Source: Thermoanaerobaculia bacterium
GTDB taxonomy: Bacteria; Acidobacteriota; Thermoanaerobaculia; UBA5066; DATFVB01
Direction: 5' to 3'
Length of the DNA stretch: 64,000 nucleotides
Assembly: GCA_035260525.1 (NCBI GenBank)
Contig: DATFVB010000073.1
Span: 1,637-65,636 of the forward strand
The position numbers and the translations under genes are program-made. Shown here piece by piece: positions 48,113-59,117 of this stretch (its first letter is position 1; every line of letters begins with the position of its first letter). The notes beneath the pieces were generated by a model. The model was not told where the DNA came from and ran no database searches. It saw nothing but the letters and a program-made list of their open reading frames with translations.

Positions 48113-48661
48113 GAACCCCTCGAGCATGCTCGTCACGAGCGACTGCGCGAACCGGTCCGCCTCGGCGTCGATCGCGACGTTTTCGAGGTCGGAGTAGTTC
48201 GAGGCGCCCACACCGCCGCCGGCCGCGTCGTAGTTCTCGCGGAACGTGTAGGCGTCGTTCTTCCAGAGGACCTTTCCCGACGGAATCTCGGTGAACGCGA
48301 CCTTCGCGGTGATCTGGATCTGGTACCGGGTCGCGCGTCCGAGCGAGTCCGCCGCGACCGGATAGAGCGCGAAGCCGACGATCTCGCCGGAGAGCTCGGC
48401 GTCTCCGTCCCCCTCTTTCGGCGAGACCGAGAAGCGCCCGCGCGCGGCCAGCTCACGGACGACGGCCGACGAGAGCCTCTGCTCGAGGCCGACCCGCGGC
48501 GTCGAGTTCTTGAACGTCGGAAACGCGATCCGTTTGATCGTGTCGGGAAGAAGGCTGCCTCGCCCGACGAGCGCGTAGCCGCACCCGCCGGTCCCGGCCG
48601 CGAGCGCCAGCATCAACGCGGCGACCGCGCGCCTCAACGGACGATCCAAGCTCGTCCTCAC
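48110..48661 (-). CDS. lptE: LPS-assembly lipoprotein LptE
   Basis: Lipoprotein signal [18 protein letters not shown]. Classic position immediately downstream of leuS. Start is GTG 48661 (GTGA overlap) or TTG 48637. Confidence 0.65.
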   Translation of the reverse strand: MRTSLDRPLRRAVAALMLALAAGTGGCGYALVGRGSLLPDTIKRIAFPTFKNSTPRVGLEQRLSSAVVRELAARGRFSVSPKEGDGDAELSGEIVGFALYPVAADSLGRATRYQIQITAKVAFTEIPSGKVLWKNDAYTFRENYDAAGGGVGASNYSDLENVAIDAEADRFAQSLVTSMLEGF

Positions 48662-51138
48662 CGGACGACGACGTTGACGAGTCGGTCGGGCACGAAGATG
48701 ACCTTCACCCTTTCCTTCCCCGCCATCCACTTCGCGATCGACTCCGTCCCCTCCGCCGCTCTCAGGACGTCGGCCTCCGCGGCGCCGCGCGGCAGCGTGA
48801 CCTGGCCGCGGAGGCGGCCGTTGACCTGCACCGCGAACTCGGCCAGGACTTCCCGGGCGAGGGCGGGATCGAACGCGGGCCAGCCGCTCCGGAGCAGGGT
48901 CTGGCGGCCTCCGAGCCGCTCGTTCAGCTCCTCGGTCAAGTGCGGTGCCACGGGATGCGCGAGGGCGACGAGGGTTCGCGCCGCCGCGTACTTCTCCGCG
49001 GCCGGCGCCGCCTCGTCGGCGACGAGATCCGCCACTTCCCGCACGTATTCCATCAGGTGGGCGACGGCGGTGTGGAACGAGAAGGCCTCGAAGTCCTCCG
49101 TCACCTTCCGGACGGCCGCGTGCCGCGCGCGGACCGCGGGAGAATCCGCCCGATCCTCCCCTCCGGCGGCGGGAGGCGCCGCCTGCTCCGTCAGCTTGTC
49201 GACCGTCGCCCGGAGCCGCGCGAGGAATCGTTCCGCGCCCGCGATTCCCTGGTCGCTCCACTCCGCCTCGAACTCCGCCGGCCCGAGGAAAAGCACGTAC
49301 GTCCGGACGACGTCCGCGCCCCGGGCGGCGATCAGCGGGTCGAGGGAGACCGCGTTCCCGCGCGATTTCGACATCTTCTCGATCCGTCCCGTCGGGCTGA
49401 TTCGCGTGATCATCCCCTGGTTGAAGAGGGCCGCGAAGGGCTCGTCCACGTCGACGAGGCCGAGCTTTCTCATCACCCGCGCGAAGAAGCGCGCGTAGAG
49501 GAGGTGAAGGATCGCGTGCTCGATCCCGCCGACGTACTGCGTGACCGGCGTCCAGCGGCGCGCGATCGCGGGGTCGAACGGCGCGCGCGCGTCGTGCGGG
49601 TCGAGATACCGCGCGTAGTACCAGGACGAGTCGACGAACGTGTCCATCGTGTCGGTCTCGCGGCGGGCGGGACCGCCGCATCGCGGGCAGGACGTCCGCA
49701 CGAAGGCCTCGACCTTCTCCAGCGGGTTGCCTCCCTTCCCCGTGAACGGGGCGTCGGGCGGAAGGACGACGGGGAGATCTGCGTCGGGCACGGGCACCCA
49801 GCCGTCCTTCTCGCAGCGGATCATCGGGATCGGCGTCCCCCAGTAGCGCTGCCGGGAGATCAGCCAGTCGCGGATCCGGTAGGTCACCCGGCCGCGTCCC
49901 CACCCGTTCCTCTCGAGGGTCGCGATCGCCTTGCCGACGGCCCCGGGGCCGTTCGGGGTGCCGTCCCACTCCCCCGACCGGTAGAGGAAGCCCGCGTCGG
50001 GAGACGCGGCCGTCATCGCCGCGGGATCGAGCTCCCCCCCGTCGGTGCGATAGACGGGGCGGATCGGAAGGCCGAACTTGCGCGCGAACTCGAAGTCGCG
50101 CTGGTCGTGGGCCGGGACCGCCATGATCGCGCCGGTCCCGTAGTCGGGGAGGACGAAGTTCGCGAGCCAGATGGGAAGGTTCTCGCCGTTGACGGGATTG
50201 ACCGCGAACGACCCCGTCGGGAGGCCTTCCTTCTCCGCCCCCTCGGCTTCCCGGGTGATCCGGGACTCCCGGCGGACTTTCGCGGCGAACTCCTCGATGC
50301 GCCCCGGGTCGCCGCTCGACGCCGCGAGCCGCGAGACGAGAGGATGCTCCGGGGCGAGCGCGAGGAACGTCGCGCCGTACAGCGTGTCGGGGCGCGTCGT
50401 GAACACGGTGAGCGTCTCCCCGAGCGCGGGGACGAAAAAGTTCACCTCCGCGCCGACGCTGCGTCCGATCCAGTTCCGCTGCATCGTCAGGACCTTCTCG
50501 GGCCACTTCCCCTCGAGGGCGTCGATCCCGGCGAGGAGCGACTCGGCCTCGTCGGTGATCTTGAAGAACCACTGCTCGAGCTCGCGCTGGACGACGGGGC
50601 TCTTGCAGCGGTCGCAGATCCCTCCTTCGGCCTGCTCGTTGGCGAGCACCGTCTCGCAGGAAGGACACCAGTTCACGGGAGCCTTCTTGCGGACGGCGAG
50701 ACCCCGTTCCCACATCCGGAGGAAGAACCACTGGTTCCAGCGGTAGTACTCCGGTTCGCACGTCGCGATCTCCTTGCTCCAGTCGTAGAGAACCCCCCAC
50801 GACCGGAACTGCTCCTTCATCGCGGCGATGTTGGCGAGCGTCGACTGCCGCGGCGGAATGCCGACCTGGATCGCGTAGTTCTCCGCGGGCAGGCCGAAGG
50901 CGTCCCATCCCATGGGGCAGAAGACCGTCTGTCCGCGCTGTCGCCAGAAGCGGTGCAGCGCGTCCGTCAGGAAGTAGGTCCGCGCGTGCCCGACGTGGAG
51001 GCGGTCGCCCGACGGATAGGGAAGCATGACGAGCAGGTAGACGCCCGAGACCGACGGATCGGCGGTGTCGACGAAAGCGATTCGCTCGTCCTCCCAACGC
51101 CGGCGCCATTTGACCTCGATCTCTCGCGTGTCGGACAT
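48658..51138 (-). CDS. leuS: Leucine--tRNA ligase
   Basis: HVGH, KMSKS and CP1 editing domain motifs. Confidence 0.95.
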   Translation of the reverse strand: MSDTREIEVKWRRRWEDERIAFVDTADPSVSGVYLLVMLPYPSGDRLHVGHARTYFLTDALHRFWRQRGQTVFCPMGWDAFGLPAENYAIQVGIPPRQSTLANIAAMKEQFRSWGVLYDWSKEIATCEPEYYRWNQWFFLRMWERGLAVRKKAPVNWCPSCETVLANEQAEGGICDRCKSPVVQRELEQWFFKITDEAESLLAGIDALEGKWPEKVLTMQRNWIGRSVGAEVNFFVPALGETLTVFTTRPDTLYGATFLALAPEHPLVSRLAASSGDPGRIEEFAAKVRRESRITREAEGAEKEGLPTGSFAVNPVNGENLPIWLANFVLPDYGTGAIMAVPAHDQRDFEFARKFGLPIRPVYRTDGGELDPAAMTAASPDAGFLYRSGEWDGTPNGPGAVGKAIATLERNGWGRGRVTYRIRDWLISRQRYWGTPIPMIRCEKDGWVPVPDADLPVVLPPDAPFTGKGGNPLEKVEAFVRTSCPRCGGPARRETDTMDTFVDSSWYYARYLDPHDARAPFDPAIARRWTPVTQYVGGIEHAILHLLYARFFARVMRKLGLVDVDEPFAALFNQGMITRISPTGRIEKMSKSRGNAVSLDPLIAARGADVVRTYVLFLGPAEFEAEWSDQGIAGAERFLARLRATVDKLTEQAAPPAAGGEDRADSPAVRARHAAVRKVTEDFEAFSFHTAVAHLMEYVREVADLVADEAAPAAEKYAAARTLVALAHPVAPHLTEELNERLGGRQTLLRSGWPAFDPALAREVLAEFAVQVNGRLRGQVTLPRGAAEADVLRAAEGTESIAKWMAGKERVKVIFVPDRLVNVVVR

Positions 51139-51221
51139 GAGCGAGCCAATCTACGCGAGGAGACGCGCCGATTCAAGGCGTCGCGGGCGCGGCGATGCGT
51201 CGCGCCGATCGCGTCCGCGCG

Positions 51222-52262
51222 TCAGGGCGGGCCGCCGTCGGCGTTCAGGAGCCGCACGATCGCCTCCGGGATCTCGACGAGAGGGCGGACTTCGTCGACC
51301 GCGCCGGACAGCGCCGCCTCGCGCGGCATCCCGAACACGACCGCCGATTCTTCGGATTCGGCGATCGCCTTCCCCCCGACGCGGCGAATCTCGAGGACGC
51401 CGTCGCGTCCGTCGCTTCCCATGCCGGTGAGGACGATCGCGATCGCCCGCGGACCCGCCGCCGCCGCCGCGCTGCGGAACAGCCGGTCCACGGAGGGCGA
51501 ATACAGGTCGTTGCCGGCGCGCTCCGCCACCCGCGCGCGATACGCGGGGGCCCCGCCGACGACGTCGAGGTGCGCGCCCCCCGGCGCCACGTAGGCGCGC
51601 CCCGGCTGCAGGAGCTGGCCGTCGCGGGCCTCGAGGACCGGAAACCCCGCGACCCGCGAGAGCCGTTCGGCGAAGAGCCCGGTGAAGCCCGCGGGCATGT
51701 GCTGCGCGACGACGATCGGACAGCCGAGCACCGGCAGCGCGGGCAGGAGCGAGGAGAGCGCCGCCGGCCCTCCGGTCGACGCGCCGATGACGACGATCGC
51801 GCCGGGCCGGGCCGACCGGGGCGCCGCGCCGGGCGGCGGCACAACGGCCGGGACCGCGGACTCTCCGGGGTATCGCGCGGCCGCGGCGGCGCGGACCTTC
51901 TCGACGAGGGTCGACTCGAGCCGCTCGTACTCGAGCGACGCGTGCGCCTGCGGCTTCAGGACGAAATCCAGGGCGCCGAGGTCGAGCGCCCGGAAGACGT
52001 CGTCGCGCCCCTGCCGCGACGACACGACGATCGCCGGGATCCGCAGGTTCGCCGCGAGCCATCGCAGCACCGAGAACCCGTCGAGCCCCGGCATCTCGAG
52101 GTCGAGCGTGATCACGTCCGGCCGGTGCGCCACCGCGAGCCGGATCGCCTCCTCCCCGTTCACCGCGGTCGCCACGACCTTGAGCTCCGGGTCCTTCTGG
52201 ACCATCCGGGAAATCGTCACGCGCGAAAACGCGCTGTCGTCGACGACGAGGACGCGGATCAT
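51222..52262 (-). CDS. cheB: Chemotaxis response regulator protein-glutamate methylesterase CheB
   Basis: REC domain MIRVLVVDDS ... D. Methylesterase GASTGGP. ATGA overlap with cheR. Confidence 0.9.
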   Translation of the reverse strand: MIRVLVVDDSAFSRVTISRMVQKDPELKVVATAVNGEEAIRLAVAHRPDVITLDLEMPGLDGFSVLRWLAANLRIPAIVVSSRQGRDDVFRALDLGALDFVLKPQAHASLEYERLESTLVEKVRAAAAARYPGESAVPAVVPPPGAAPRSARPGAIVVIGASTGGPAALSSLLPALPVLGCPIVVAQHMPAGFTGLFAERLSRVAGFPVLEARDGQLLQPGRAYVAPGGAHLDVVGGAPAYRARVAERAGNDLYSPSVDRLFRSAAAAAGPRAIAIVLTGMGSDGRDGVLEIRRVGGKAIAESEESAVVFGMPREAALSGAVDEVRPLVEIPEAIVRLLNADGGPP

Positions 52263-53095
52263 TTCCGGTACGCCAGGTCGTGCGGCAGCTGGCGCAGCCG
52301 GAAGGCGGTCGAGAACGCGACGAGTGACTCGACGCGGCCGAGGAAGAGGTGTCCTCCGGGGAGCAGCCGGTCGTACAGCGACGCGACGACGGAGCGCTGG
52401 GCCCGGTCCTCGAGGTAGATCAGCACGTTTCGGCAGAAGATCACGTGAAAGCGCGGGAGCGCGGCGAGCCTCGACGCCTCGACGAGGTTGACGCGTCCGA
52501 ACGCGACGCGCCGGCGGACCTCTTCCCTCAGCCGGAACCGGCCGGCCCCCTCGGATTCGAAGAAGCGGGCCCGGCGTTCGTCGGAAGTCTGGCGGAACGC
52601 GTTCTCGCGGAAGACGGCGACGCGCGCCCGCGCGAGACTCGCCGACGACAGATCGCTCCCGAAGATTTCCACCGAGTGTCGGTCGAAGAATCCCTTCTCC
52701 TCGAGAAGCATCGCGATCGTGTAAGGCTCCTCTCCGGACGCGCACCCGGCGCTCCAGATCCGGAGCGGGCCGGGGTCCGCCTCGCGATCCCATTCCGGGA
52801 GCAGGTCTTCGGAGAAGGCGGCGAGCTGCTCGTTTTCGCGGAAGAAGTAGGTCTCCGGATTCGTGATCCGGTCGAGCAGCGCGTCGAACTCGAGCTCCTC
52901 GCCGGGACCGTAGCGCAACCGATAGAAGTACGCGCGGGGACTTTCGAGCCGGAGCTCCTCGATGCGGTGGCGGACGCGCGACTCGAGCAGGAACCGGTTC
53001 GACTCGGTGAAGTCGATCCCGCTCCGGGCCCGGATCATGTCGGCGAAGATCCGGAACAGGTCGTTCGGAAACGGCGCGCCGCCGTTGTCGGTCAC
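52259..53095 (-). CDS. cheR: Chemotaxis protein methyltransferase CheR
   Basis: GTG at 53095 (GTGA overlap). SAM-binding IWSAGCASGEEPYT. Confidence 0.9.
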   Translation of the reverse strand: MTDNGGAPFPNDLFRIFADMIRARSGIDFTESNRFLLESRVRHRIEELRLESPRAYFYRLRYGPGEELEFDALLDRITNPETYFFRENEQLAAFSEDLLPEWDREADPGPLRIWSAGCASGEEPYTIAMLLEEKGFFDRHSVEIFGSDLSSASLARARVAVFRENAFRQTSDERRARFFESEGAGRFRLREEVRRRVAFGRVNLVEASRLAALPRFHVIFCRNVLIYLEDRAQRSVVASLYDRLLPGGHLFLGRVESLVAFSTAFRLRQLPHDLAYRK

Positions 53096-55320
53096 GGCGC
53101 CGCGTCGGCCCGGAGCACCTCCGACAGGACGGCGGCGCGGCGCGGGTCGGCCTCCCTCCACGCGCGCTCGACCGCGCCCGGAAACCTCCGCCGGAACCGC
53201 AGGAGCGTCGCCGCCAGGTCCTCGGCGATCGCCTCGCGCGAGAGCGCCTCGACGACGGTGCCGACGTCCGACTCCACCGCGATCGCCTCGAGAGCCGTGA
53301 GCGCGGAGCGCGCGACGAGGTCGTCCGGGTCCTCGAGGAGGGACCGTCGGAGGATCGGCCGGCGGTCGTAGCGCGCCCGCCGGCCCATCGCCTCGAGGGC
53401 GGTGGCCCGGAGACGCCAGTCGGGGTCCGAGACGCGCCGCTCGATCGCCTTCTCCGCCTCGAACTCGCGGGAATCGGCCGCCGCCGAGAGCGCGGCCTGC
53501 CGGACCTCCGGATCGGCGTCGTCGAGCGACGCCGCGATCGCCTCCCACGCGGCGGGTCCCCCGATCGCGCCGATGGCCTCGAGCGCCGCGATTCTTTCCG
53601 GCGGCTCGCCGCGCGCCGCGATATTCCGGAGCCGCCGCGACGCTTCGTCGCCGCCGAGCGAGGCGAGACAGCGGCAGGCGGCGGCCCTTACCCAGAGATC
53701 GTCGTCGTCGAGCGACGCGAAGATCGCCTCCCGGTGCGACGCGGCCCTCCCCGACACGCAGAGGGCCTGCACGGCAACCTGCCGCACGTGCGCGCTCTCG
53801 TCGGCGAGCGCGTGCTCGAAGACGGCCGCCATCGACGGGTCGCTCTCCTTCCCCGCGATCGCGACCGCGCGGCCCCGCACGACCGCGTCCTCGTCCCGGC
53901 TCGCCGAGAGGAGCTGCGCCCGAAAGTCCTCTCCCCCGAGCCCGGCCAGCAGCGCCAGGGCATTCGCGCGGGTGAGCCCGTCGCGCGACGCGAGCGCGCG
54001 GACGAGGCGCTTCCGGAGCGGCTCGCGGGCGGCCGCGTCGTTCTTCGCCATCGACGCGAGCGCCTCGGCCGCGGCCGCGTCGACGCCCGCGTCCCCGTCG
54101 CCGAGGTGCGCGACGAGGTAGTCGATCGCGCGCGAGTCGCCGATCTTTCCGAGGAGCTCGACCGCGTCCCGCCTCACGGGCGGAGAATCGTGCTCGAGCA
54201 CGGCGAGCACCGAAAAGAGCATCGCGCGCGACGGATGCCGGCCGAGAAGGCGAATCGCGAGCTCGACCTTCTGCTCGTCTCCCGCGGGAGAGAGGAGCGC
54301 GACGAGCGCGGGGCCCGCCGCCTCCCCGAAATCCTCGAGAGCGCGCTCGGCCGCCTCCGCCGAGTCGCGCGAGAGCTCCGCGACCAGGATCGGGAGCGAC
54401 TCCGGGTCGGCAATCCAGCCGAGCGCCCGCAGGAGATCGGCCTTGCGGTCGCGCCGCTCGGTCTTCTTCAGGGCGAGCGCGAAGGCGGCCGCCGCGCCGG
54501 CAGGGGCGTTCTCGCGGAACTTCCGCCGGAGATAGTCGCGCTCCCGGCGCGCGAGAATCGCCGGCCGGGGCGCCTCGTCGAGGGCGACGAGCGCGCGCAG
54601 GAGCGGGAAATCGGGGATCGAGGAGCTCGCGAGCCGTCCCGCCAGCAGATCGATCGACCCGAACCCTCCGATCGCGCCCGCCGCCTCGAGCACCGCCTTC
54701 TTCAGAGCGGGATTCTGGTCGCAGGCGACGATCGCCGGCAGCGCCTCGACCGCGCGAAGGCGGCCGAGCGTCTCGATCGCGTGGTAATGGAGCCAGGCAT
54801 TGTCGCCGGCGAGCACGCGCATCAGCGTCGGGACCGCCTCGGGCCGCTTCATCTTTCCGAGCGCCACGATGGCGGCCGAGGCCACGTTGACGTCCTCGGA
54901 CGAAACGAGGGAGACGAGCGCGGCCGCGCTTTCCTCGGCCGGGATGTCGCCGAGGATCGTCGCGAGCGCGATGCGCCCGTCGGCGTCCGCGACCCGGCCG
55001 AGCTCGAACAGGAGGTACGGCAGCGCGCGGATGCCGAAGGCGCGAAGCGCCTCCGCCGCCGCGTTTCGCATTCCGGCGTTGCCCTGATCGTGAAGGGCCG
55101 GGATCAGGGCCTGGACGACGCCCTCCGTCGGGTTCGCCTCGAGCCCTTCGATCGCCGCCTTGCGGACGCGCCAGTCGGGGTCCCCCGCGAGCTCGACGAG
55201 CAGGTCGATCGCGTCCGGATCCGACCGCTCCATGAGGATTCGCGCGACTTTCTGCCGGACGTCCGAGCTCTCGTCCCGGGAATCGCGGCGCAGGGCCGCG
55301 ATCAGCTCATCGTCGGCCAT
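53092..55320 (-). CDS. HEAT-repeat (PBS-lyase-like) protein encoded within the che operon
   Basis: More than 15 repeats of about 30 aa, each ending in a V/A-R-xxA-AxALG pattern. Confidence 0.8.
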   Translation of the reverse strand: MADDELIAALRRDSRDESSDVRQKVARILMERSDPDAIDLLVELAGDPDWRVRKAAIEGLEANPTEGVVQALIPALHDQGNAGMRNAAAEALRAFGIRALPYLLFELGRVADADGRIALATILGDIPAEESAAALVSLVSSEDVNVASAAIVALGKMKRPEAVPTLMRVLAGDNAWLHYHAIETLGRLRAVEALPAIVACDQNPALKKAVLEAAGAIGGFGSIDLLAGRLASSSIPDFPLLRALVALDEAPRPAILARRERDYLRRKFRENAPAGAAAAFALALKKTERRDRKADLLRALGWIADPESLPILVAELSRDSAEAAERALEDFGEAAGPALVALLSPAGDEQKVELAIRLLGRHPSRAMLFSVLAVLEHDSPPVRRDAVELLGKIGDSRAIDYLVAHLGDGDAGVDAAAAEALASMAKNDAAAREPLRKRLVRALASRDGLTRANALALLAGLGGEDFRAQLLSASRDEDAVVRGRAVAIAGKESDPSMAAVFEHALADESAHVRQVAVQALCVSGRAASHREAIFASLDDDDLWVRAAACRCLASLGGDEASRRLRNIAARGEPPERIAALEAIGAIGGPAAWEAIAASLDDADPEVRQAALSAAADSREFEAEKAIERRVSDPDWRLRATALEAMGRRARYDRRPILRRSLLEDPDDLVARSALTALEAIAVESDVGTVVEALSREAIAEDLAATLLRFRRRFPGAVERAWREADPRRAAVLSEVLRADAAP

Positions 55321-55666
55321 GCGCCTCCCGGTAATCGGCGGGCCCCGGCGCTTCCGTTCGGGAGACGGCGCGGGGTCGAGTCTCGGACACGGCGAAGAAC
55401 GGCGCCGGGCCTCCGCCGACGAGAATGAAATTGACGGCGCCCGCGGCGTTTCCTCGAACCTCGTAGGCCTTTCCGCGCCAGAAGGCCACGCCGTGCGGCG
55501 AGCCGGGGAGCGGCGACACCGGCAGCGCGGGGGTGATCTCGAGGAGATCGGCGGCCGGCGCGAAGTACTCGGCCCCCTCCGAACCGAAGACGATGCCGAG
55601 GTCGTCCGGGGTCCGCCGGGGCGGTTGCCGGAAATAGCGCAGGATCGCCTCCGCGGCGGCGGTCAC
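55307..55666 (-). CDS. cheW: Short CheW-like domain protein (about 119 aa, possibly truncated or degenerate)
   Basis: IVFGSEGAEYFAPAADLLEITPALPVSPLPGSPHGVAFWRGKAYEV resembles the first CheW subdomain. It overlaps the HEAT gene start by 14 nt. Confidence 0.45.
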   Translation of the reverse strand: MTAAAEAILRYFRQPPRRTPDDLGIVFGSEGAEYFAPAADLLEITPALPVSPLPGSPHGVAFWRGKAYEVRGNAAGAVNFILVGGGPAPFFAVSETRPRAVSRTEAPGPADYREAHGRR

Positions 55667-57549
55667 GCGGCGCCCCCGCCCGCCGTCGCGGGGCGCGGCC
55701 CGCCGGCCGCCCGGACGATCCGTTTCGGGTCGAGAACCAGGATCGCGTCATCGCCGCGTCCCTGCGACGCGCCGATCAGGAACGGCGCCGCGTCGCCGGT
55801 CACGACCGGCCGGACGACGAGCATCTCCTGGCGGAGGACGCGGGCGACCGAGATCGCGCTGCGATCGGACAGGAAGACGGTCACGCGACCGGGTCCGGCG
55901 GCGGGTTCCGTCCCGGCGACAACGCGCGAGAGCGGGATCGCGGCGTCGCCGGCGCTCTCCCGCGCGACGCGCGCGATCGCCGCGAGCGGGAACGCCCAGG
56001 CGCGATCCTGTTCGAGGACGACGAGCGCGTCGAAGACCGCCTGCGCGATCGCGATCTCGATCTCGAACCGCGTTCCGCGTCCGGGCGTCGAGAGGACCCG
56101 GACCTCGCCGTGGCGCGCCGCGACCCGCTCGGCGACGAGGTCGAGGCCCACTCCGCGCCCGGAGATCTCCGAGACGGCGGACGCGGTCGAAAATCCCGGG
56201 CGGAAGAGGAAAGCGCGGGCTTCCTCCTCGGTCGGCTCGGCTTCCGGCCGGATCCATCCGAGCTCTCGAGCCCGGCGCACGACGGCCAGGGTGTCGATGC
56301 CGCGCCCGTCGTCGGCGAGCGAGATCAGGAGCCGCGAGTTCCGGGAGCGCGCCATGAGCGTCACCGTGCCGCTCTCCGGCTTGCCCGCCGCGCGGCGTTC
56401 CCCGGGGGACTCGATCCCGTGGTCGACCGCGTTGCGCACGATGTGGAGGAGCGGATCGGCGAGATCGTCCGCGAGCCCACGGTCGATCTCGGACTCCCCT
56501 CCGACGATCCGGAACTCCGCCTTCTTGCCGGAGCTTTCGAGGATCCGCTTCGCCGCCCGGCTCAGCCGGTCCCCGAGCCGCGAGATCGGAACCGTGCGGA
56601 TCCCCGCCGCCTGCCGGGCGAGCCGCTCGAGCGAACCGTCGAGGCGCAGCCGGAGACGCGCCGCGATCACCCTCTGCGAAGGGGGAAGGCCCTCCTCCAG
56701 GCGCACCATCTCGCCCGAAAGCTTCTGGAAGCGCGCCCGCGCTTCGTCCGCCTCCGCGAGGAGCGCTTCCAGCCGGGAGGCCTCGAGGCGGAGGGTGCGG
56801 ACCGCCGCCCGCTCCGTCTCTTCGGCCGCGACGCGCGGCTGCTCCGGCTCGCGGCTGACCCGCCGGAGCCCTGCGTCCTCCGGGAGACCCTCGGGCTCCC
56901 GTTCCCGGGCGACGAGGAGCTGGACCGCGACTTGCTCCGCGGAGAACCCGGCGACCTGCGGCAGGGTCGCGATCCACTCCCCGCCGTCGTTCAAGCGCGC
57001 GCCGAGATCCTTCAACGCCGCCTCGAATGCGTCGAGGGGAAACGCGACGTCGATCGTCCAGATCGCCGTGCCGGCCGCCCGATGCGCGCGCAGCCGGCTC
57101 TCCTCGTACTCGGAGAGGCACGACACCGTCCGTTCCGGCAGATCGAGCTCGGCGGACAGCGGAGCCGCGGGCGGGGTCGACGCCGGTGCGCGCGCCTCCG
57201 AGAGGAGTCCGATCGCCTCCTCCGCCGGAAAGGCCGCGTCGTCTCCCGAGGCCGCGGCGTCGATCGCCGCCTCGAACCGCAGGAAGAACCGATCGAGCGC
57301 CTCGCGCACGCGATCGGTCCACGTCACCCGCGACAGGCGGATCGCGTCGAGGAGGCTCTCCGCCTCGTGCAGCGCGCCCGCGAACCGCGAATACCCCTTC
57401 AGCCCGGCGAGCCCCTTGAGCGAATGTACCGCGCGGAAGAGCTCGTTGATCTCTCCGGCCCGGGGCGGCCGCGCGAGCGAGAGCACGCTGCGGACGGTTT
57501 CGAGCCGCTCGGCCGCCTCGGCGGAGAAATCGACCGCGTCGCCCTTCAT
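55663..57549 (-). CDS. cheA: Chemotaxis histidine kinase CheA
   Basis: HPt with HSLKG. Dimerisation and HATPase domains (GRGVGLD). C-terminal CheW-like domain. Confidence 0.9.
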   Translation of the reverse strand: MKGDAVDFSAEAAERLETVRSVLSLARPPRAGEINELFRAVHSLKGLAGLKGYSRFAGALHEAESLLDAIRLSRVTWTDRVREALDRFFLRFEAAIDAAASGDDAAFPAEEAIGLLSEARAPASTPPAAPLSAELDLPERTVSCLSEYEESRLRAHRAAGTAIWTIDVAFPLDAFEAALKDLGARLNDGGEWIATLPQVAGFSAEQVAVQLLVAREREPEGLPEDAGLRRVSREPEQPRVAAEETERAAVRTLRLEASRLEALLAEADEARARFQKLSGEMVRLEEGLPPSQRVIAARLRLRLDGSLERLARQAAGIRTVPISRLGDRLSRAAKRILESSGKKAEFRIVGGESEIDRGLADDLADPLLHIVRNAVDHGIESPGERRAAGKPESGTVTLMARSRNSRLLISLADDGRGIDTLAVVRRARELGWIRPEAEPTEEEARAFLFRPGFSTASAVSEISGRGVGLDLVAERVAARHGEVRVLSTPGRGTRFEIEIAIAQAVFDALVVLEQDRAWAFPLAAIARVARESAGDAAIPLSRVVAGTEPAAGPGRVTVFLSDRSAISVARVLRQEMLVVRPVVTGDAAPFLIGASQGRGDDAILVLDPKRIVRAAGGPRPATAGGGAA

Positions 57550-57932
57550 GTCAGCGAGGGGGGTGTAGCGAGGAGTCGGTCGACCGCCGAGCAGATCTGC
57601 TCGGCCGAAAAGGGCTTGCGGACGTAATCCTGCGATCCGAGCGCCATCGCGCGCTCGACGTCGGCCGCCGCGACCTCGGTGGACACGACGAGAATCGGGA
57701 TCGTCCGGTATTGCGGGTGGTTCTTCAGGAAGCCGATGAGCTCGAGGCCGTTGATGTCGGGCATGTTCACGTCGGTGACGATCGCGTCGAAAAGGTGCCG
57801 GGGCAGCAGCCGCAGGGCTTCGAATCCCGAGGACGCTTCGAAGACCTCCCGCCGATCCGGATCGTCGAGCGCCGCGACGATCATCGACCGCGTCGCGTCG
57901 GAATCCTCCACGACGAGGATGCGCTTGATCAC
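57546..57932 (-). CDS. cheY: CheY-like response regulator
   Basis: VVEDS..., D in IVTDVNMP, T/K residues. Receiver domain only. Confidence 0.9.
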   Translation of the reverse strand: MIKRILVVEDSDATRSMIVAALDDPDRREVFEASSGFEALRLLPRHLFDAIVTDVNMPDINGLELIGFLKNHPQYRTIPILVVSTEVAAADVERAMALGSQDYVRKPFSAEQICSAVDRLLATPPSLT

Positions 57933-57975
57933 GCCGTCTCTCCGCCGATCGCGGCCGCCGCCGGCGTCGCGCGCG

Positions 57976-58686
57976 TCATCGCGGTTCCACCGGAGCCGGC
58001 CGCGTTTCCCCGGAAACGACGGCGAGCCGAAGGTCCCCGGGACGGGTCCAGGAGCGCCGAGCGAACGCGACGTATCGGGCGTCGACCCCTCCGCCCGCCG
58101 CGAGCGGGTCCGCGAACGTCCATCCCCGATCCGGATAGAAGACCTCGACCCAGCGGTGGTAGACGCCGGAGAGCTCCGGAGCGTAGCCGGGGGTCCCCGG
58201 GTCGGTCACGAGGACGCCCTGGATCGTGGCCGCCGGAATTCCGGCGCGCCGCAGGAGGTCGACCGCGAGCTCGGCGAACCCGACGCAGTACGCGCGCCGG
58301 GAGGCGAACACCGCCGCGGGCTCCTGTGGCCGGGAACGGTCGGAATCGTACGCGACCGAGCGTCGCACCCACGCGAGCACCGCGCCGGCCGCGCCGGCCT
58401 GGAGGCGCTGGCCCGCGACGAGCGACCGCGCGAGCCGGTCGCGGTCGGGCGCCGGGGCGGGCGCGGCGCCGACGTCTTCCGGCGCCCGCGGCGCGCCGCT
58501 CGGCCGGCGAGCCGGAGACGCCCGCACGACCAGACGCAGGCCCGATCGCTCGGGGAAGGCCTCCAGCGAGTAGCCGTTCACGTCGAGCTGGTCGAAGAGC
58601 GCGGCGTCGCGGCCGCGGGCGAAGTAGACCGCGGTCGCGCCCGACGACTCGGCCGCCGCGAGGAGAGCGATGGCGAACGCCGCCAT
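57976..58686 (-). CDS. Transglutaminase-like cysteine peptidase superfamily protein (secreted)
   Basis: YCVGFAEL contains the Cys. YHRWVEVF contains the His. GWTFADP contains the Asp. Confidence 0.65.
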   Translation of the reverse strand: MAAFAIALLAAAESSGATAVYFARGRDAALFDQLDVNGYSLEAFPERSGLRLVVRASPARRPSGAPRAPEDVGAAPAPAPDRDRLARSLVAGQRLQAGAAGAVLAWVRRSVAYDSDRSRPQEPAAVFASRRAYCVGFAELAVDLLRRAGIPAATIQGVLVTDPGTPGYAPELSGVYHRWVEVFYPDRGWTFADPLAAGGGVDARYVAFARRSWTRPGDLRLAVVSGETRPAPVEPR

Positions 58687-58697
58687 CCGACCGCCCG

Positions 58698-59117
58698 TCA
58701 CGGCTCCCCGGTCTCCGCGGGCGATTTCAGGACGCCGTCGAGGATCCCGTTGATGAACTGCGACGACCTCGGGGTCGAGAAACGCTTCGCGATCTCCAGA
58801 GCCTCGTCGATGACGACGGGGGCGGGCGTGTCGGGCTCGTGGCGAATCTCGTAGAGCGCCATCCGGAGGATGTTCCGGTCGACGGCCGGCATCCGCTCGA
58901 TGCGCCAGTTGTCCGCCTGTCGGGTGATGAGGTCGTCGATCTCCGGCCGGTGCTCGAGAGTTCCGATGACGAGCCGCTTGGCGTAGTCCCGGGTCGAGTC
59001 TGCCGCGTGCCGCCACTCCTGGAAATGGTGGAACATCTCCTCGGGGGCGGCGCCCGTCAGGTCGTTCTCGAAGAGCATCTGGAGCGCGAGCTCCCGGGCG
59101 CGGCGTCGCGACCCCAT
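58698..59117 (-). CDS. nusB: Transcription antitermination factor NusB
   Basis: RRARELALQMLF ... FINGILD. Confidence 0.9.
   Translation of the reverse strand: MGSRRRARELALQMLFENDLTGAAPEEMFHHFQEWRHAADSTRDYAKRLVIGTLEHRPEIDDLITRQADNWRIERMPAVDRNILRMALYEIRHEPDTPAPVVIDEALEIAKRFSTPRSSQFINGILDGVLKSPAETGEP

Noticed and set aside
55307-55666. Treating the 119-aa CheW-like ORF as a full-length, functional CheW
   Set aside because: Only about half of the CheW fold is recognisable, and it overlaps the next gene. It may be a degenerate remnant, so it is reported with low confidence only.
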